The position numbers and the translations under genes are program-made. Below are positions 13,333 through 26,400 of a stretch of DNA of 64,000 nt, one piece after another (the stretch's first letter is position 1; each line of letters opens with the position of its first letter). A model generated the notes under the pieces. It was given only the letters and a program-made list of their open reading frames with translations. It did not search any database and was not told the DNA's origin. Source of the stretch: Lophium mytilinum (Eukaryota); the NCBI GenBank assembly GCA_010093605.1, contig MU004182.1:248001-312000 (forward strand), written 5' to 3'.

Positions 13333-13624
13333 TCTTAGCTGCAGCGAAACAGAAACAAGAACGTTTGACGAGAGCTGAGTATCAAGTCGCGTTAGAACCT
13401 TGAAATTTGTCCCTAGACAATGCGTTAGACTCTTATTGACGTTCGCCAGACAAAAATGTCTTTGATCTTGGACAGCTTGAGAATTTGACAGTAGAAAACA
13501 AAGAAATCAGGCACCAGACACGAATCATCAAAAGCACAAGAACTTGATATCAACAGACTGAGAGCACATCGCACTTACTCGGCCCTCAGGAGTCCTAGAT
13601 GAAGAGGACAGATGCTATATCACA

Positions 13625-13632
13625 ATGAGTCA
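13625..13632 (-). promoter_or_regulatory. Candidate Gcn4/CpcA (AP-1-like) element TGACTCAT upstream of DAHP synthase
   Basis: ATGAGTCA on + (TGACTCAT on -), ~290 bp upstream of the DAHP synthase ATG. Confidence 0.5.
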
Positions 13633-13947
13633 CCTAAATTTCCGAATAGATGAAAAGACCACCGAAAGAACGAATAGAGGTAAATTAAACCCCACAGATT
13701 ATCGCAACAGTATCAGCACCTTTATTGCAGCTTTCAAAGCAAGTCGCAGCGCCGATGAGATTGATGTAGAATTCCAAAGCATCCGAGCCACAAAAACACA
13801 ATTAATTGGGGAACCCCACCGTGAAAATTGCACCAATCACCATTCCCGCTTCCACAACTCTCATTCAACCTCCAAATCACCTTCAAACTCCTCTCAGACT
13901 CAACCTGCACTATCCTCTCCGTCCTCAAAAACCTCAATTCCTTCAAA

Positions 13948-14392
13948 ATGGCCGAACCCCAACCCCCCGACGTCCACGAAGGCGCCTCCACCCCTCCCCC
14001 ACCGACCGGCACAGCCGAAGACCGCAAAGCCGCCGCCGCGCTCTCCTCCCTAGACACACACGACGACGACGGCAGCTCGAAGGCGAACACCGATGCCGCG
14101 GCGCTAGGGGAAGCGATGAAGAACCTGGGTGTGGGGGAGAAGGCGGAGACGGTGAAGAAGGTTGAGGAGGCGCCGAAGAAGGTAGTCAAGGTCGATGCTG
14201 CGGATGTGGGGTTGTTGGTGAGTTTACGCACCTTTAGACAAGGCTGAGGCACAGAGAGCGGGTATGCTAATATGCCGGGGGTCACAGGTTGAGCAATTAG
14301 AGCTCTCGAAGGCGAAGGCGACGGAGCTGTTGAAGGCGCATGAGGGAGATGCGGTGAAGGCTATGACGGCGTTTGTGACGGCGTCTGCGTGA
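13948..14392 (+). CDS. HYPK-like / NAC-alpha UBA-like domain protein
   Basis: MAEPQPPDVHEGA..AEDRKAAAALSSLD...VKVDAADVGLL|VEQLELSKAKATELLKAHEGDAVKAMTAFV. One intron. Confidence 0.85.
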
Positions 14393-14828
14393 GTGGGAGA
14401 GGGGGTCTGGGATGGCATATATACTTGACAGGTGTTCAGCATTGCGATGGCGTTTCGGATTAGAGAAAAGCCCGAGGGAAACCTCTGACGGTTGCGCATG
14501 AGGGTTAGAGCTTGAACATTTCTCCTCAGGCCCGATATGTGTGTATTGATACATCATCCAAGTGCGGTTATACGTGCTTGCTTGAAGAACGCCTGATTTG
14601 GTATGAGGGTGATATTCATACGCTTGATCTGAAGGTCTAACCTATATGCCTCAACTCATATATTGAGAGTAGGCATTTTTAAGTGTGCGGAGGGCTTGTC
14701 TTCTCTACAAATTAACGATCAGACCCTGGTATATATACGAGTCGTGCGCTCAAGTCTGATACTGCCACAGTTTTCTCCAAACTTCTGTATCCAACAGGTA
14801 GCACATAATCATGTTTGCACACCACGCT

Positions 14829-16136
14829 CTACAACAGCATACGCGCAACCCACATCGCCATCCCAATGATCATTGCCTCCCCACTTCCTGATCCTCCACC
14901 CCTTCCACCCGCACCACCCTTCGAGTTTGTACTCGTAGCACTCACACCTCCATACCCTGTCGTCGCCGCCTGCGTCCCAAATCCGTACCCAGCCACCGAA
15001 CTCGCCGCGGCCTGCGGGACTTCTGTAACAATTACCCATGGCATCCATGTGGTGAATGGCGCGGCGCTCACGCTCGGCTTGCCATCCGCACTGTACAATG
15101 GCAGAGCCGTCGCGCGTGTCGGCTGGGGCTTATTATCCGCCTCTTGGGGATCTAAGACAGCATCGATGACGTGCATAACGCCGTTTGCAATGAGCAGATC
15201 CTGTGTAAGGATGCGGGCGGAGTTGACAAAGAGCGAGTTCGAGGAGAAAGAGATGGTAAGCGATTCGCCAGCAAGGGTGGTCAGGGTAGTGCTATTGCCA
15301 TCGGTAAAGTTTGTACTATACCAGGGCCCGAGGGGGGAGCTAACGATGTGGTATTTCAGGAGTGTCGACAGGGCCGTTGGGTCTTTAGCTATGTTCGAGA
15401 TCGCATTGTTGATAGTGTTCAAAGCCGCGTTGTTCGGCGCGAAAATGGTCAGATCGGAAGTTGAGTTGAGTAAGGCGGCGACGGCTGTGACGCTCTTATT
15501 GGGCGAGTAGTATGCTGCACCAAGGAAAGACGTAAGCTGGAACGGCTCGGCGGCAGTGGAAAAGAGCTCAGCAGTGTCCGGGAAGTGGGTCGGGGGCGTG
15601 ACAAGAGAGCTGATGATGTGGATAATACCACCGGCGAATTTGATATCGGTTTCGACTGCAGGCGAGCGCGAAGATTGTCCCGAAACCCAGATCATCTCTT
15701 TCGTGTTCTGCATGACGCCGCCAATGCGCTGACCGGCCGTCACATTGCTCATGGTGGCATTGTTGAGCCAGGTCGGGAAGTACTGGAAGGTTGGCTTCAG
15801 GTCATCAGACCCAATGGATCCTGGAACAATGTGGTAATTCAAGATGTTCTGAATAGCGACCACATCATTGTGGTCGAAGGCAGGGCCCACAACAGGGTAG
15901 TATATCGTCTTTGCGAAGGCATCGTTGTTCGGCGCGAGGACAGTGATGGGCGAAGAGGAAGGCTGCTTTTCGAGGCGCGCAAGAAGGTCGGGATACGAGT
16001 TCTCGAGAACGTTTTTAAAGGTGGAGAGATTTGCGGTCTTATCAAGGATGTCACTGAAGGACGGGAGATCGGCGGCTAGGGTGCATGATGCGAAGAGGAG
16101 CGAGGCACTGAAGGTGAGGAAACGACTGGATAGCAT
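14829..16136 (-). CDS. Fasciclin (2x FAS1) cell-surface protein, likely GPI-anchored
   Basis: Signal peptide; two FAS1 repeats (TVLAPNNDAF...ILNYHIV...GGIIHIISSLV and TIFAPNNAA...LLKYHIV...NGVMHVIDAVL); S/T/G-rich tail with a hydrophobic C-terminus. Confidence 0.9.
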   Translation of the reverse strand: MLSSRFLTFSASLLFASCTLAADLPSFSDILDKTANLSTFKNVLENSYPDLLARLEKQPSSSPITVLAPNNDAFAKTIYYPVVGPAFDHNDVVAIQNILNYHIVPGSIGSDDLKPTFQYFPTWLNNATMSNVTAGQRIGGVMQNTKEMIWVSGQSSRSPAVETDIKFAGGIIHIISSLVTPPTHFPDTAELFSTAAEPFQLTSFLGAAYYSPNKSVTAVAALLNSTSDLTIFAPNNAALNTINNAISNIAKDPTALSTLLKYHIVSSPLGPWYSTNFTDGNSTTLTTLAGESLTISFSSNSLFVNSARILTQDLLIANGVMHVIDAVLDPQEADNKPQPTRATALPLYSADGKPSVSAAPFTTWMPWVIVTEVPQAAASSVAGYGFGTQAATTGYGGVSATSTNSKGGAGGRGGGSGSGEAMIIGMAMWVARMLL

Positions 16137-17260
16137 AGTGCAGCTATGTTGTGGCTACGCGCATCACACGGCGAGAAAGAAACGAGCGTGGTGTTGAGGA
16201 CGACAAGGTCCTTGGAAATGCGATTGACGAGGACGAAAGCGGAGAGGCACACGCTTGACCTTATGAAAGGACTTGTGGCGCTGTCGCAAATGTTTATTGG
16301 CAAGATAAGACCGCCCGGCATCTAAATTGGGCACCAAGCCACAGAAAACCATGGAAAGGGGTGAGCTAGCTAAGACGGGGGCAGGTCTGGGCACAGGGCT
16401 GAAGGAGAGGGCCATCGTCCTACCGGCCTGGCCGTCTTGAGCTGCCGTTGTGCATTACAGTCTGTCCACGCAGGATGGAATAGAATGCTACGAACAATAT
16501 CAAGATATTCTGTGGCTGTGGTTGTCGGTCAGTCATGATGGAGGTGTGGTTGATGATTTGACGCAGGGATTCTACCCGCTAGCACTAGTACAGAGACGGC
16601 GGCCGGATCTGTGGCACTAGCCCTGAGTGAGGGGCAGGGGGAACAGGGGTGCCAAATGCTCCGCCGAGGCCCACTCATATATTTTATATGTCTAGGTAGA
16701 CATGCACATTTGCTTTAGACGTCTCGTATACGTGCGCTCTTTGAGTTGTAATAGCTGATCCATAAGCAAAGGCGCTACTTATAATGGGATGCGTTCAGCG
16801 TTGAGGGTTGGCCGCTATCTCCCAACCTTGCGACGAAAAGTGGCATTGCATGAGAGAGACTCTGCCTCGCCATATGCTACCTCGTCGCACCAGCCTTGAT
16901 GAGAAGTATTTATAGCACCATAAATAGATGTGGAATAAATCCTGTTGCTGCCATGTCTACCGAGGCCGGCTTTGTCGCTTGCTGAGGCTGTATCATGCAG
17001 GGGAAGTCAGGCGCTTAATGATAGATGAATCAACACGCCAAAACGCCATATAATTATAGCTTCTGCAGGATAGTGCGTCAGTAAGACAAGAACCAGTCGC
17101 TAGATTGTGATATTGCATGATCGACGAAGCCAGACACTGCCGAGAGAATGGCCGAGTGATAGCGCACGTGACCCAATCTAATCAGATCCGACAAATCGTC
17201 ATCGACATCAAGAAATTCGAGCTTCACAATTATGCCTCAGAAATTACCCTCGATCCCACA

Positions 17261-17920
17261 ATGGGCTCCTCCGCCTCCAAAGGTGCGCGCGCAGCCGGTA
17301 ACGCCGCTCGCAAGTACCCAACGCGGGTCACAAATCCCACAAACGCGCCTCCGTCTGCTCCTCCAGTAGCACCAGGCGGCCGACCTGGACCTACAGTACA
17401 TCCAGCACCGCAGGCAACCCAGACGAAGACTGAAGGTAAGCCAAGTCACTTTTCTGACCTTGACACGGAACTGTTTGCTAATCATCATCCCTCCATAGCA
17501 GTAAACCTCGACGGCCAAGACCCAACCTTCGCCGCTCAGCTCCGCTCCCTCGGCGCCGTCCAACCAAATCCCCACTACTCCTCCACCTCGACATCCCCTC
17601 TAGACCCCCAACGCTCTGCGGATATAGACTACACCTCCCAGCCCACATCGCAATACTCTTCCGCGTACCCCGACCCGAGCACCAACCCCGCGCTGACCGT
17701 GCTTGTGGCACGGACGAGACTCCAGCAGCTGGCGGAAGATGAGCTGTCGCAAACAGGCCGTAGGGGCTTTGAGGGGCGGTCGTTTGTGGATGTCACGGCT
17801 GTGAGGCAGGCTATGATGCTTGTGCAGCGAGGGGATACGCAGAGTAAGGCAGAGGAGACAGTGGGGTTAAAGAAGGGGCGGTTAGGGGCGCTAGGGAGAG
17901 GCATTGTAGAGGCTGTGTAG
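17261..17920 (+). CDS. Conserved fungal hypothetical protein (C-terminal HTH-like)
   Basis: MGSSASK..AARKYPTR...AVNLDGQDPTFAAQLRSLGAVQPNP...GRRGFEGRSFVDV. In-frame intron ~17436-17498. The N-terminal MGxxxS is myristoylation-like. Confidence 0.7.
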   Translation: MGSSASKGARAAGNAARKYPTRVTNPTNAPPSAPPVAPGGRPGPTVHPAPQATQTKTEGKPSHFSDLDTELFANHHPSIAVNLDGQDPTFAAQLRSLGAVQPNPHYSSTSTSPLDPQRSADIDYTSQPTSQYSSAYPDPSTNPALTVLVARTRLQQLAEDELSQTGRRGFEGRSFVDVTAVRQAMMLVQRGDTQSKAEETVGLKKGRLGALGRGIVEAV

Positions 17921-18220
17921 ATATGATGCTGGAATATCAAGATGTGTATGATACTGTATACGTAAAAATCGGCGCACTTTACACGGGGGAAAGCCTAGTT
18001 ACAGGACGTAATGTTACAATAGAGCAGGCGCACGGTAAGCATTGTCTGGAAGACTGTAGTCGAACGTGTGAAGAAGCATAAGGAAGTGGGTCATGCGCAG
18101 TATTGAGCCCTCCTTGGGTCATGGAGAGGCTAGGTCTGTAGACATAGGATATGATTTGTCTGAATCAGAAGCACAAATTCCGTTTCATTTGGTCATCTTG
18201 AAGCATCTCAATTCTATGCC

Positions 18221-21200
18221 TCAGCCATCCAGAGCACTGATACGGAACACCTGCATCCCAACCCCACAAACGAGCACACCCACGCCTCTCCCTCCTTCGG
18301 CATCCAGAATAGCAAGATCGCCAACGTCTGCCACAGCTGTATCTGTTTTGCCTACTTTTTTTACTTGCAATCCTTCGACGCCTGGCTGAGTGCAGTCGAT
18401 GCAGATAGTCCACAATATAACGCGCTGATCAGTTCCTGATGTGATAAGCTGCAACTCCCGCGCAAGCGCTTGATCCGAGTCGGCAGTTACTCGAAATTTA
18501 GTCGGGTCAGTAGGCAGGAGAGCACATGCCGTCACAGCGGCTGCGTGGGCGCGTGGGACTATGAGTGTTGCCACGCTTCGCGGCGATGGCTTAGCGGGTG
18601 AGTGGATTAGCGTAAAGCCTAGTGCTCCATCATCGCCACCTGTGACTAGTAGTGTGATATCAAGCGATATGTGCTGGTATGCAAGCGTTTTGGTCGTGTT
18701 CTGGTGGATCTTGGTGCGCGCAGCGTGGATGAGAGGGTCGGCTGTGAGATCCCAAAATACAACGTGCCCGTCAGTTCCTGACGTGAGCAGTACCTGGGGC
18801 GAGAGGAATATGGACTGAGTGAGGCATGAGGCGAGATAGACTCCAGTGTGGAGGAGGCTCCATGGAGAGGCGGAGGAGGGGGTATATGAGTAGATCTAGA
18901 AGGAAACATTAGTATTAAGTCTAACATTAATGTAAAGAAACGGAACTTGCCCTTATTGTGGAGTCGGAATACGCCATCGAAATGACATATTGCTCCCCTT
19001 GTTTTTGGATATTCTCCACGCTCTGCTTGTGTACTGAGAAGCTCATTATGCGTAGGTCTGGCACGTCACTTTCCGACTCGCAGGTGGCCTCGCATACGGC
19101 ACCTACACCAATGATCGGAAGCATACGGATACGCCATACGAAGAACTCCTCGCGGCCACCGCTACTAAAGAGATACTTACCGTCCTCGGACCACATGAGG
19201 TGCTGTATACCAGTCATGTGCTTCCGCAAAGTTCGTAGACATCGGAGGCTGGATGGCGCTGTTGATGTCAGTCCATGGGACGTATATTCAAAGATTTTGA
19301 TATCGGTATCCTCAGCGCCGGTTGCAATCAGCTGCAGGGGTCTGTCATTGTTTGGGACAAGCGGCGAAACGGCGACGGCCTTGATCTCCCGTCCATGCCC
19401 ACCACTTCGAAGGACCTTGTGTGATGCTTCGACGCGACGACAAACTCTCATTTTGGCTGCCTGTGTCCAAACAAGAGTGCCCCCAGGGCCCGAAGGGCTA
19501 GGGTCGAAGGCCCAATTCCTGTGAGCGCCTCCGCATTCCACAGTCATGACCTCTTCTTCATTGCTCTCGTCGAGGAGGACAAATTGGGTACCCCGGAAGC
19601 CATACACCATCAAATTCTTATCTCGAATGTAAGCCCCCTCAATGTTTGGACCAAACGGGAGGTGTGCTTTGTGAACCAGTTTTGCTTTTGCGCTTTGGAG
19701 GTCGACTTGATGAGCAGCGCACGAGCCGTCTCTACCAACAGATATCAAATAGCCAGAGGACGTTGGCTCCTCAGAATTGGTGGAGGTGTACCAAATCATC
19801 GAAGTGACTGTATCTTTTCCATGAACGTTTGGTAGCACATCAATCAAAGGTGCCGGTAAGTAAACATCCCGTCCTGTATTTCTTAGGCCAGCTGGAAGCG
19901 CGTAACAGGCAACTGATCCCGATCGGCTTCCGACAAACATATACTCTTCAGTTCCAGTTCCCTGAGCCTGTGCAAGAGTCATGCTGGTGGCCACGAAGCT
20001 TGGGTGTTCTGGTATAGATAAGGGTGACCTATACACCACACTCAAGATCGACCCGGAACTCCGCTCAGCTGCGGGCAACTGGTTAGAAAAATATCCCTTC
20101 CCTTTCGGGCCAGGTATGGTAGATTCAGCATTGATATCATGGGATTTGGAGGGGCTCAGTAGAAGAAGATTGGCCGTTGGTGCCCCAATCGAAGTGACCA
20201 AAAGATAAAGGCTCCCGTCGTCCCCGCGAGCATTATACGGGAACAAGCCTCCTACCTTTCCACCCGCCGAATAAATGTGGTATGGGCTAGAAGATTCTGA
20301 TATGGCGTATACGTCTCCCGTTGTGCCAGCAAAGAAGGAAATCCGGTGAGATGACAAGTTGGCAGTGATTGAATACCCTTTAAGAGCTGGTATCTGATGA
20401 GACGATAAAACGGTTGTGTTCTGTTCCCTAACCAGCAGCTCAGGGGCGCCAACGGTAGAACTACCATTCGCTTCCACGCCACGGCCTCTTCGGTCTTGTA
20501 TCACGGAAGTACAGTCGACAGGCGAGCTATGCGCCAATTGCCTTGTGATTACCCTCCCCTCGTTAGTTGTGAGTAAAACCAACCCTGGAGCAATGAAACT
20601 GTAGCTGCGAAAAATGTCTGTTTTTTGGGACGACTGGATGCTCCCGACAATATCTTCCATTGCCTGAGTATCATCAAAAGATTCGTTTGATGTGTAGACC
20701 TTTGTTGTAGAAGGGAAATACATAACGATCTTGCTATCCGCAGCTCCAGTTGCAATCTGGCACAGGTTTTCTTTCGAGTATTCTGGCGCTAAGGACCATA
20801 CATTTTTGCCCGTGTGGAATGCTGCAGACCTTAATTCCTTCAGGAAGAACGGTAGTGTCGAAGTGTCAGCCACAGAATCAAAGCTTTCACTGGGTACCAA
20901 ATCCCACGTCCTTGAAGTTGCGTCTTCTCCGGTTGACATAAGTTGAACGGCACCGGTGTTATGGCCATCAATGGACCCTGGTTTAAGGAATTGTGCGGTC
21001 CAAACTCGGGAGCTATGGGCCCAACCGATCGCCAGACAAAGCCGATCGGACTCTCCTGTGATTGGTAAATTGGCTCCGAATCCAGTCTCACGCTCATATG
21101 GCGAGTCCAAAATGTTAATGGTAGGAAGCTCAGATACATCCCAAATGCGTATTGAGCGATCATCGCTACAACTAGCGAGTAGCCGCTTGACCTTGGTAGC

Positions 21201-22064
21201 GTCTCCCAAGACTAGGTTCTCGGATATCTGGACGCCGAAGACTGAGCCCTCATGGCCTGTAAATACGTGATGCAATTGGGCGCTTGATGAGCTCTCGTGT
21301 GACTCTGACCAAGACCACACAAGTATCTCGCCAAAGGCTGTTCCTGCAGCAATCAAAATGTGATTTGCTGAGGCCCATAAGAGATGAGCCGCGTATAAGA
21401 TACATCTAGAGCTAGCAGTGAGCTCATCCAGATGGATTTCCAAAGCGCTATACCATACAGTCAGCAATTGTTCGATCTTTGCGCAGTCTAAGGTAGACGG
21501 AAATAATTCTGGGTTATTACCTTGAAGTAATCAAAGCTGTGGACTTTGAAGAGGCTTCATATTCTAGTTTCAACCGAAGGAGCGCATTATGAGCGGTGAT
21601 TGCGGCCACAATCCGTTGCTCGACGAGAGTTGAAGAAGCTGAAACACTGCTGGGAGCAAGACAAATATCAAGTATCCAATCAGGACATCTCAAGGCTGGA
21701 GATAGATGAAAGACTGCGTACTGCCCCTGAGAAATACTACCTTCTCTGGAATTATCCAGTAGTAAGAAGCATAGCCTCACTAGACGAACATAGCAGCCTC
21801 CGTGAACTAGAAGTACAATGGAAGAGGCTGATTGGGAGCAAACCAGTATTCCATGGATTGCTTGTTTCGAAAAGACTTTTTGAGAGGCTATTAATCTGGT
21901 AGAACTGTGATGAAATAGTTGAAGAAAAGGTCCTTCTGCGGCGAACAAATATTGGTCGCAGAATGCCAAAGCCGTCACCGGAACACGAATGCATTCATAC
22001 TAGGATGGGTCAGTAAGCCTTCAAGATGGGGCGAATTTTGACGCACATCTATTGACTGCGACAT
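18221..22064 (-). CDS. TRM734: WD40-repeat protein WDR6/Trm734 (Rtt10), Trm7 partner for tRNA 2'-O-methylation
   Basis: MSQSID|YECIRVPVTALAF, IAAGTAFGEILVW, FTGHEGSVFGV, LASCSDDRSIRIWD, VECGGAHRNW, GGHGREIKAVA, ATGAEDTDIKIF and LFSSGGREEFFVW. At least 3 introns. Confidence 0.9.
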
Positions 22065-22242
22065 TGAAGAGTGTGGCGATCAAAAGCCGTGACAGAAATG
22101 TGGTGTTGAGACTGAGTCAGCCACTCCGGGAAAACTTCCCCTCCGTGGCGACGTCACACCAAAACTTTGTCTCTCGACCTCGGACGTGCTTTTCATCGAC
22201 AGAAGCTTATATTAATACCAAGTACGACACTCGACCGTCAGG

Positions 22243-22904
22243 ATGTCTCTCGGCCCATCAGAAGCAAATGTTGACAGCCTAACGGCTGAACAGCAGGAGA
22301 ATTTCGAGGATGTGAGTACCGCAGAGATCGAGTACCCCACCAGAGTGGAATACGTTGGCTCACGTTCACTACATGCAGATCGAGAAGCAATTTGCAGTCA
22401 AAGGTCAGTATATCGAAATGGCCAAGTCACGCCAAAGCTAACTGCCTCTAGTTGTACAGCATATGGAAGCATACTGGTCCATACTCGAGAAAATGCGCGG
22501 ATCGACCCTACGCCTCACGAAACTAGACAACGAAATATACGAGCACTTTAAGGAAGAGTTCCCCGACTTCGATGCGAAAGCTACAATCAATGAGGATGAG
22601 ATGAAGAGCAAAGCGGGCAAGGAGCGGTGGCGGAACTTCATCAACACATATGAGGAGAAGGTGGCGGACTACAACTTCGGGACAATGGTTCGGGCGAATC
22701 CCAAGTTCGAATACGCCGAGAAGGATGAGGTTATATTTGCAGTCCGCATGCAGTTCTACGCGATAGAGATCGTCCGGTAAACCCAATCCTGTCTGATACA
22801 TTACCGTGCTTGCACTAACATCCGCAAGAAATCGTGAAGGACTCAACGACTGGATCTACGAGAAGGCGGAAGCTGAAAAGAAAGATAAGGCGAGCAAGAA
22901 ATGA
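22243..22904 (+). CDS. PBDC1/Ypl225w family protein (eEF1A folding chaperone)
   Basis: ENFED|IEKQFAVK|VVQHMEAYWSILEK..LRLTKLDNEIYEHF...KERWRNFINTYEEKVADYNFGTMVR...VRMQFYAIEIVR|NREGLNDWIY. Three introns. Confidence 0.9.
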
Positions 22905-23428
22905 AGCGCGAGCCCATACACTATCGATACCTATTCCCTACAGCCACGTGCTGCCATGCGACATGAACAAAGCCGATATAAATCTTTTGATCGTCATGGT
23001 AGGTGGGCCTTTGTTCTCTCTCACCAGCATACATAGAATGGGGAAGAATGGACTTCCGCACCACCACCTCAATATTTCAGCCTCGAGGTGTTGAAGTGGA
23101 TATGACTTACTGTGGAGGTTGGCTAGTCACATCATGAATGTGGTGAATGAGTTAGAATGAGTAGTGGTTTTGCTCAAAGTGAACAAAGTGAGCGGTGAGA
23201 TCGATTAGCATTCGAGACCGAAAGCCTTGCCGGGCGGCGCAGAACAATATTAAGCCAAAACAATGGGTTTTCTGAACCCGGCCAATCAAAAACGCCTTCA
23301 AGCCATCCGTGTGGGCAATCCTCGAAATATTCATTGCCAATGCCCATCTCTACCGCAGCGTCTGATCGATAGACCTGCTCCTCCTATTTCATCGCGACGT
23401 TCGACACCGCATCTCCGGTCGGCCATCA

Positions 23429-26400
23429 ATGGGACGCGCGAAGCTTACCGAGGAGCGCAAGTCGCCAACGGAATCCCACGAATTGGAAGAAAGCAAAGAG
23501 CAGGATGTGGATACTACTGAATTAGAACACATCCGCAAGGCGGGCTGGAAGGCGCTGTTTAGCTTCACGACCAAAGCGCATCTAGGGATCCTGGTGTCTG
23601 CGACGATCTCATCCATAATCTTCGGCCTGGTCCTCCCAGCAGCCTCGGTCTTGCTAGGCTTAATAGTCAACCAGTACACCAACTTTGGAGCGGGCAGGAT
23701 CTCCGGCGGCGAACTTCTGGGGAATGTGTCAAAATATTGCATTTACTTGACAGTCTTGGGAGCAGCTTCCTGGATCACAAACATATTCAGTCAAACGCTA
23801 TGGTTGACCTTTGGAGAACTGCAGGCGAGAAGCGCCAGGGACCGCATGTTCAATAATCTTCTATCGAAAGATATTGAATGGTACGACATGAGGAGGAATG
23901 GAATAGGCGCCTTCCTGCCACGAGTCCAGACGTGAGTCTGACCTTATCTTAGCCAGTGCACAGATTTACATCAGTCAGGCAAATCCGCGAGCTTCAACTA
24001 GCAGCATCTCAACCTATGGCAGAAGCGGTTCAATGTCTTTCCACAGGCATTGGAGCTATCGTGCTTGCACTTGTCTTCTCGTGGAACCTCACCCTCGTCA
24101 TCATAGCCACGGTTCCAATCGTTTTCATCGTCATGACAGTCCTATCGTCTAGAATCGGCCCACACGTTCACGAACAAGGGGAGAGGCTTCAAGGAGCGAT
24201 GAAGTATGTCACGAACGCCTTCCAGAGTATTGAAATGGTCAAATGCTTCAACGGACAAGACTCTGAGCTTGGGAGGTACACCGGAGCTATCAGAGAGGCT
24301 GCAAAGAGCTATACCAGACAAGCCAACCTAAAATCCTTACAGTTAGCGTTTCTGCAGTTTTGCACGCTTTCAGTCTTTGTACAAGGATTCTGGTATGGCA
24401 GCACACTCATTGCTCGTGGAAAGCGGAGCCCTGGCCAAGTCATAACGACCTTCTGGTGTGCTTTGGTGGCGGTCCAGGCTGTGACTTCGTTCATTCCTCA
24501 GCTGATAGTCATTGAGAAAGGCCGAGTTGCAGGTGCCAAACTTCGAGCGGTAATGGCTCAGATGCAAGCGCAATCAAACACAACAGGGCATGTTAGTGGA
24601 ATCAAACCAGGTCTGTGTAAAGGAGATATCGAGTTCGATAAAGTAAGCAGCGCCTATCGAGGGAATATTTGGGCTATACTTACCAACTACTAGGTATCCT
24701 TCGTCTACCCAACGCGTCCTTCACAGCTGGCGATCAAAGATGCGACAATGTTCTTCCCTGCCGGAGATACTACATTCGTTGTAGGGAGAAGCGGCTCTGG
24801 GAAAAGCACTCTTGGGCAGTTACTCTTACGATTCTACGATCCCCTAAAAGGTACCATTCGACTGGACGGACAACCTCTTAAATCAATTGATGCTCACTGG
24901 CTCCGTGAAAACGTTACCCTGGTGGAGCAACATAGCGTGCTGTTCGACGATTCAATATACAACAACATTGCTATCACAAAGTCCGAGGGCGGTATGCCCG
25001 ATCTAGATGCCGTCAAGGACGCTGCTCAGTTTGCTCTACTCCAACAAACGATCAATGACCTTCCCGATGGTTTCGGCACGATTGTTGGCTCCAAAGGGAG
25101 TGCATTGAGCGGCGGCCAAAGACAACGTATCGCTTTAGCTCGGGCCCGAATTCGAGATACAGCAATCCTTATACTAGATGAGTCTACTAGCGCGCTAGAC
25201 TACATCACAAGATCGCTGATGCTCGAGTCCATTCGAGCCTGGCGTCGTGGCAGGACAACGATCGTCATTACGCACGACATATCTCAGATCCAGGCCCAGG
25301 ATTATGTCTTCGTTCTTGACAATGCCCAAGTCGTCCAAGAAGGATATAGGAAAACGATGGAGGAAGTGAAGGGCTCGCCATTCCATACATTCCTCACGGA
25401 GCCGGTGCCTTCACCAACGCACTCGCTAGATGACGCGGACCCTCTAGATAACCTCGAGGAACAATCATCCTGGACTGTGTCGGGTTTAGGCCTCGAAGGG
25501 ATATCCTTTCCAGCGCAATGTGATCATCGTCTATCAAACGAGTCAATTGATCCTCTGGACATGTACTTGCAAGAGCGTACCGAAACTTCCTTACGGCCTA
25601 TCTCAGCCGTATTTGCTAGCCCTCTGACTCAAGACACCCGAAGATTATCTACTGCTCATCACACATCGCCATATTGGAGGCTCACCGCGAACAGCCTCAG
25701 TGCAGAACCATCAGCAACCGTTCGTCACGGATCTGTACACGACCTCGAGGAGTATACCTTCTTTGATCCAGATCCCAAAGTCTTGCCAAAGCCCTCTCCT
25801 AAAGCGATAATCCGCTCGGGGACACCAGTACAGCGAGTCGTCTCAAGTGCAGATCGAATGGCGGCTAGAGAGGGGAAGTTGACACATGGCGACAGCCCAC
25901 CAGACAATATCTCGCGTGGTAGAAGTGTACGCCATTTACTACGAAACCAGCAGCATTCACGACCCCAGGCTGTGAAGCCAATCAGCACGCTGAAGATTCT
26001 ATCCAGTGTCTGGCCACAACTAGATTGGCTAGGTCGCCTATATCTTGTTTTAGCATTCCTCACCGCATGTGTGCATGCTGCTGCTACCCCCGTCTTTTCG
26101 TATGTCTTCGCTCAACTCATCTCGACGTTCTACATTTCGAACAATCGCAGCCAGAAGGCCATGATTTATTCGCTATCAATCCTAGGCTTAGCAATCGTTG
26201 ATGGCGCCGCGACCTACGCCTTCCACTTTCTTTTCGAGTATAGCGCGCAGATTTGGATCACCAGTACGAGAATCGAAGCAATGAAACGACTGCTCGACCA
26301 ACCTCGACAATTCTTCGACGAACAGGGGAACGAGGTGTCTATCTTGGCTGAATGCCTGGATCATTTCGCGGAAGAAACTCGCAACATGCTCGGCCGTTTC

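Noticed and set aside
14815..16079. Long + strand ORFs (231 aa, 164 aa)
   Set aside because: Antisense shadows of the fasciclin gene.
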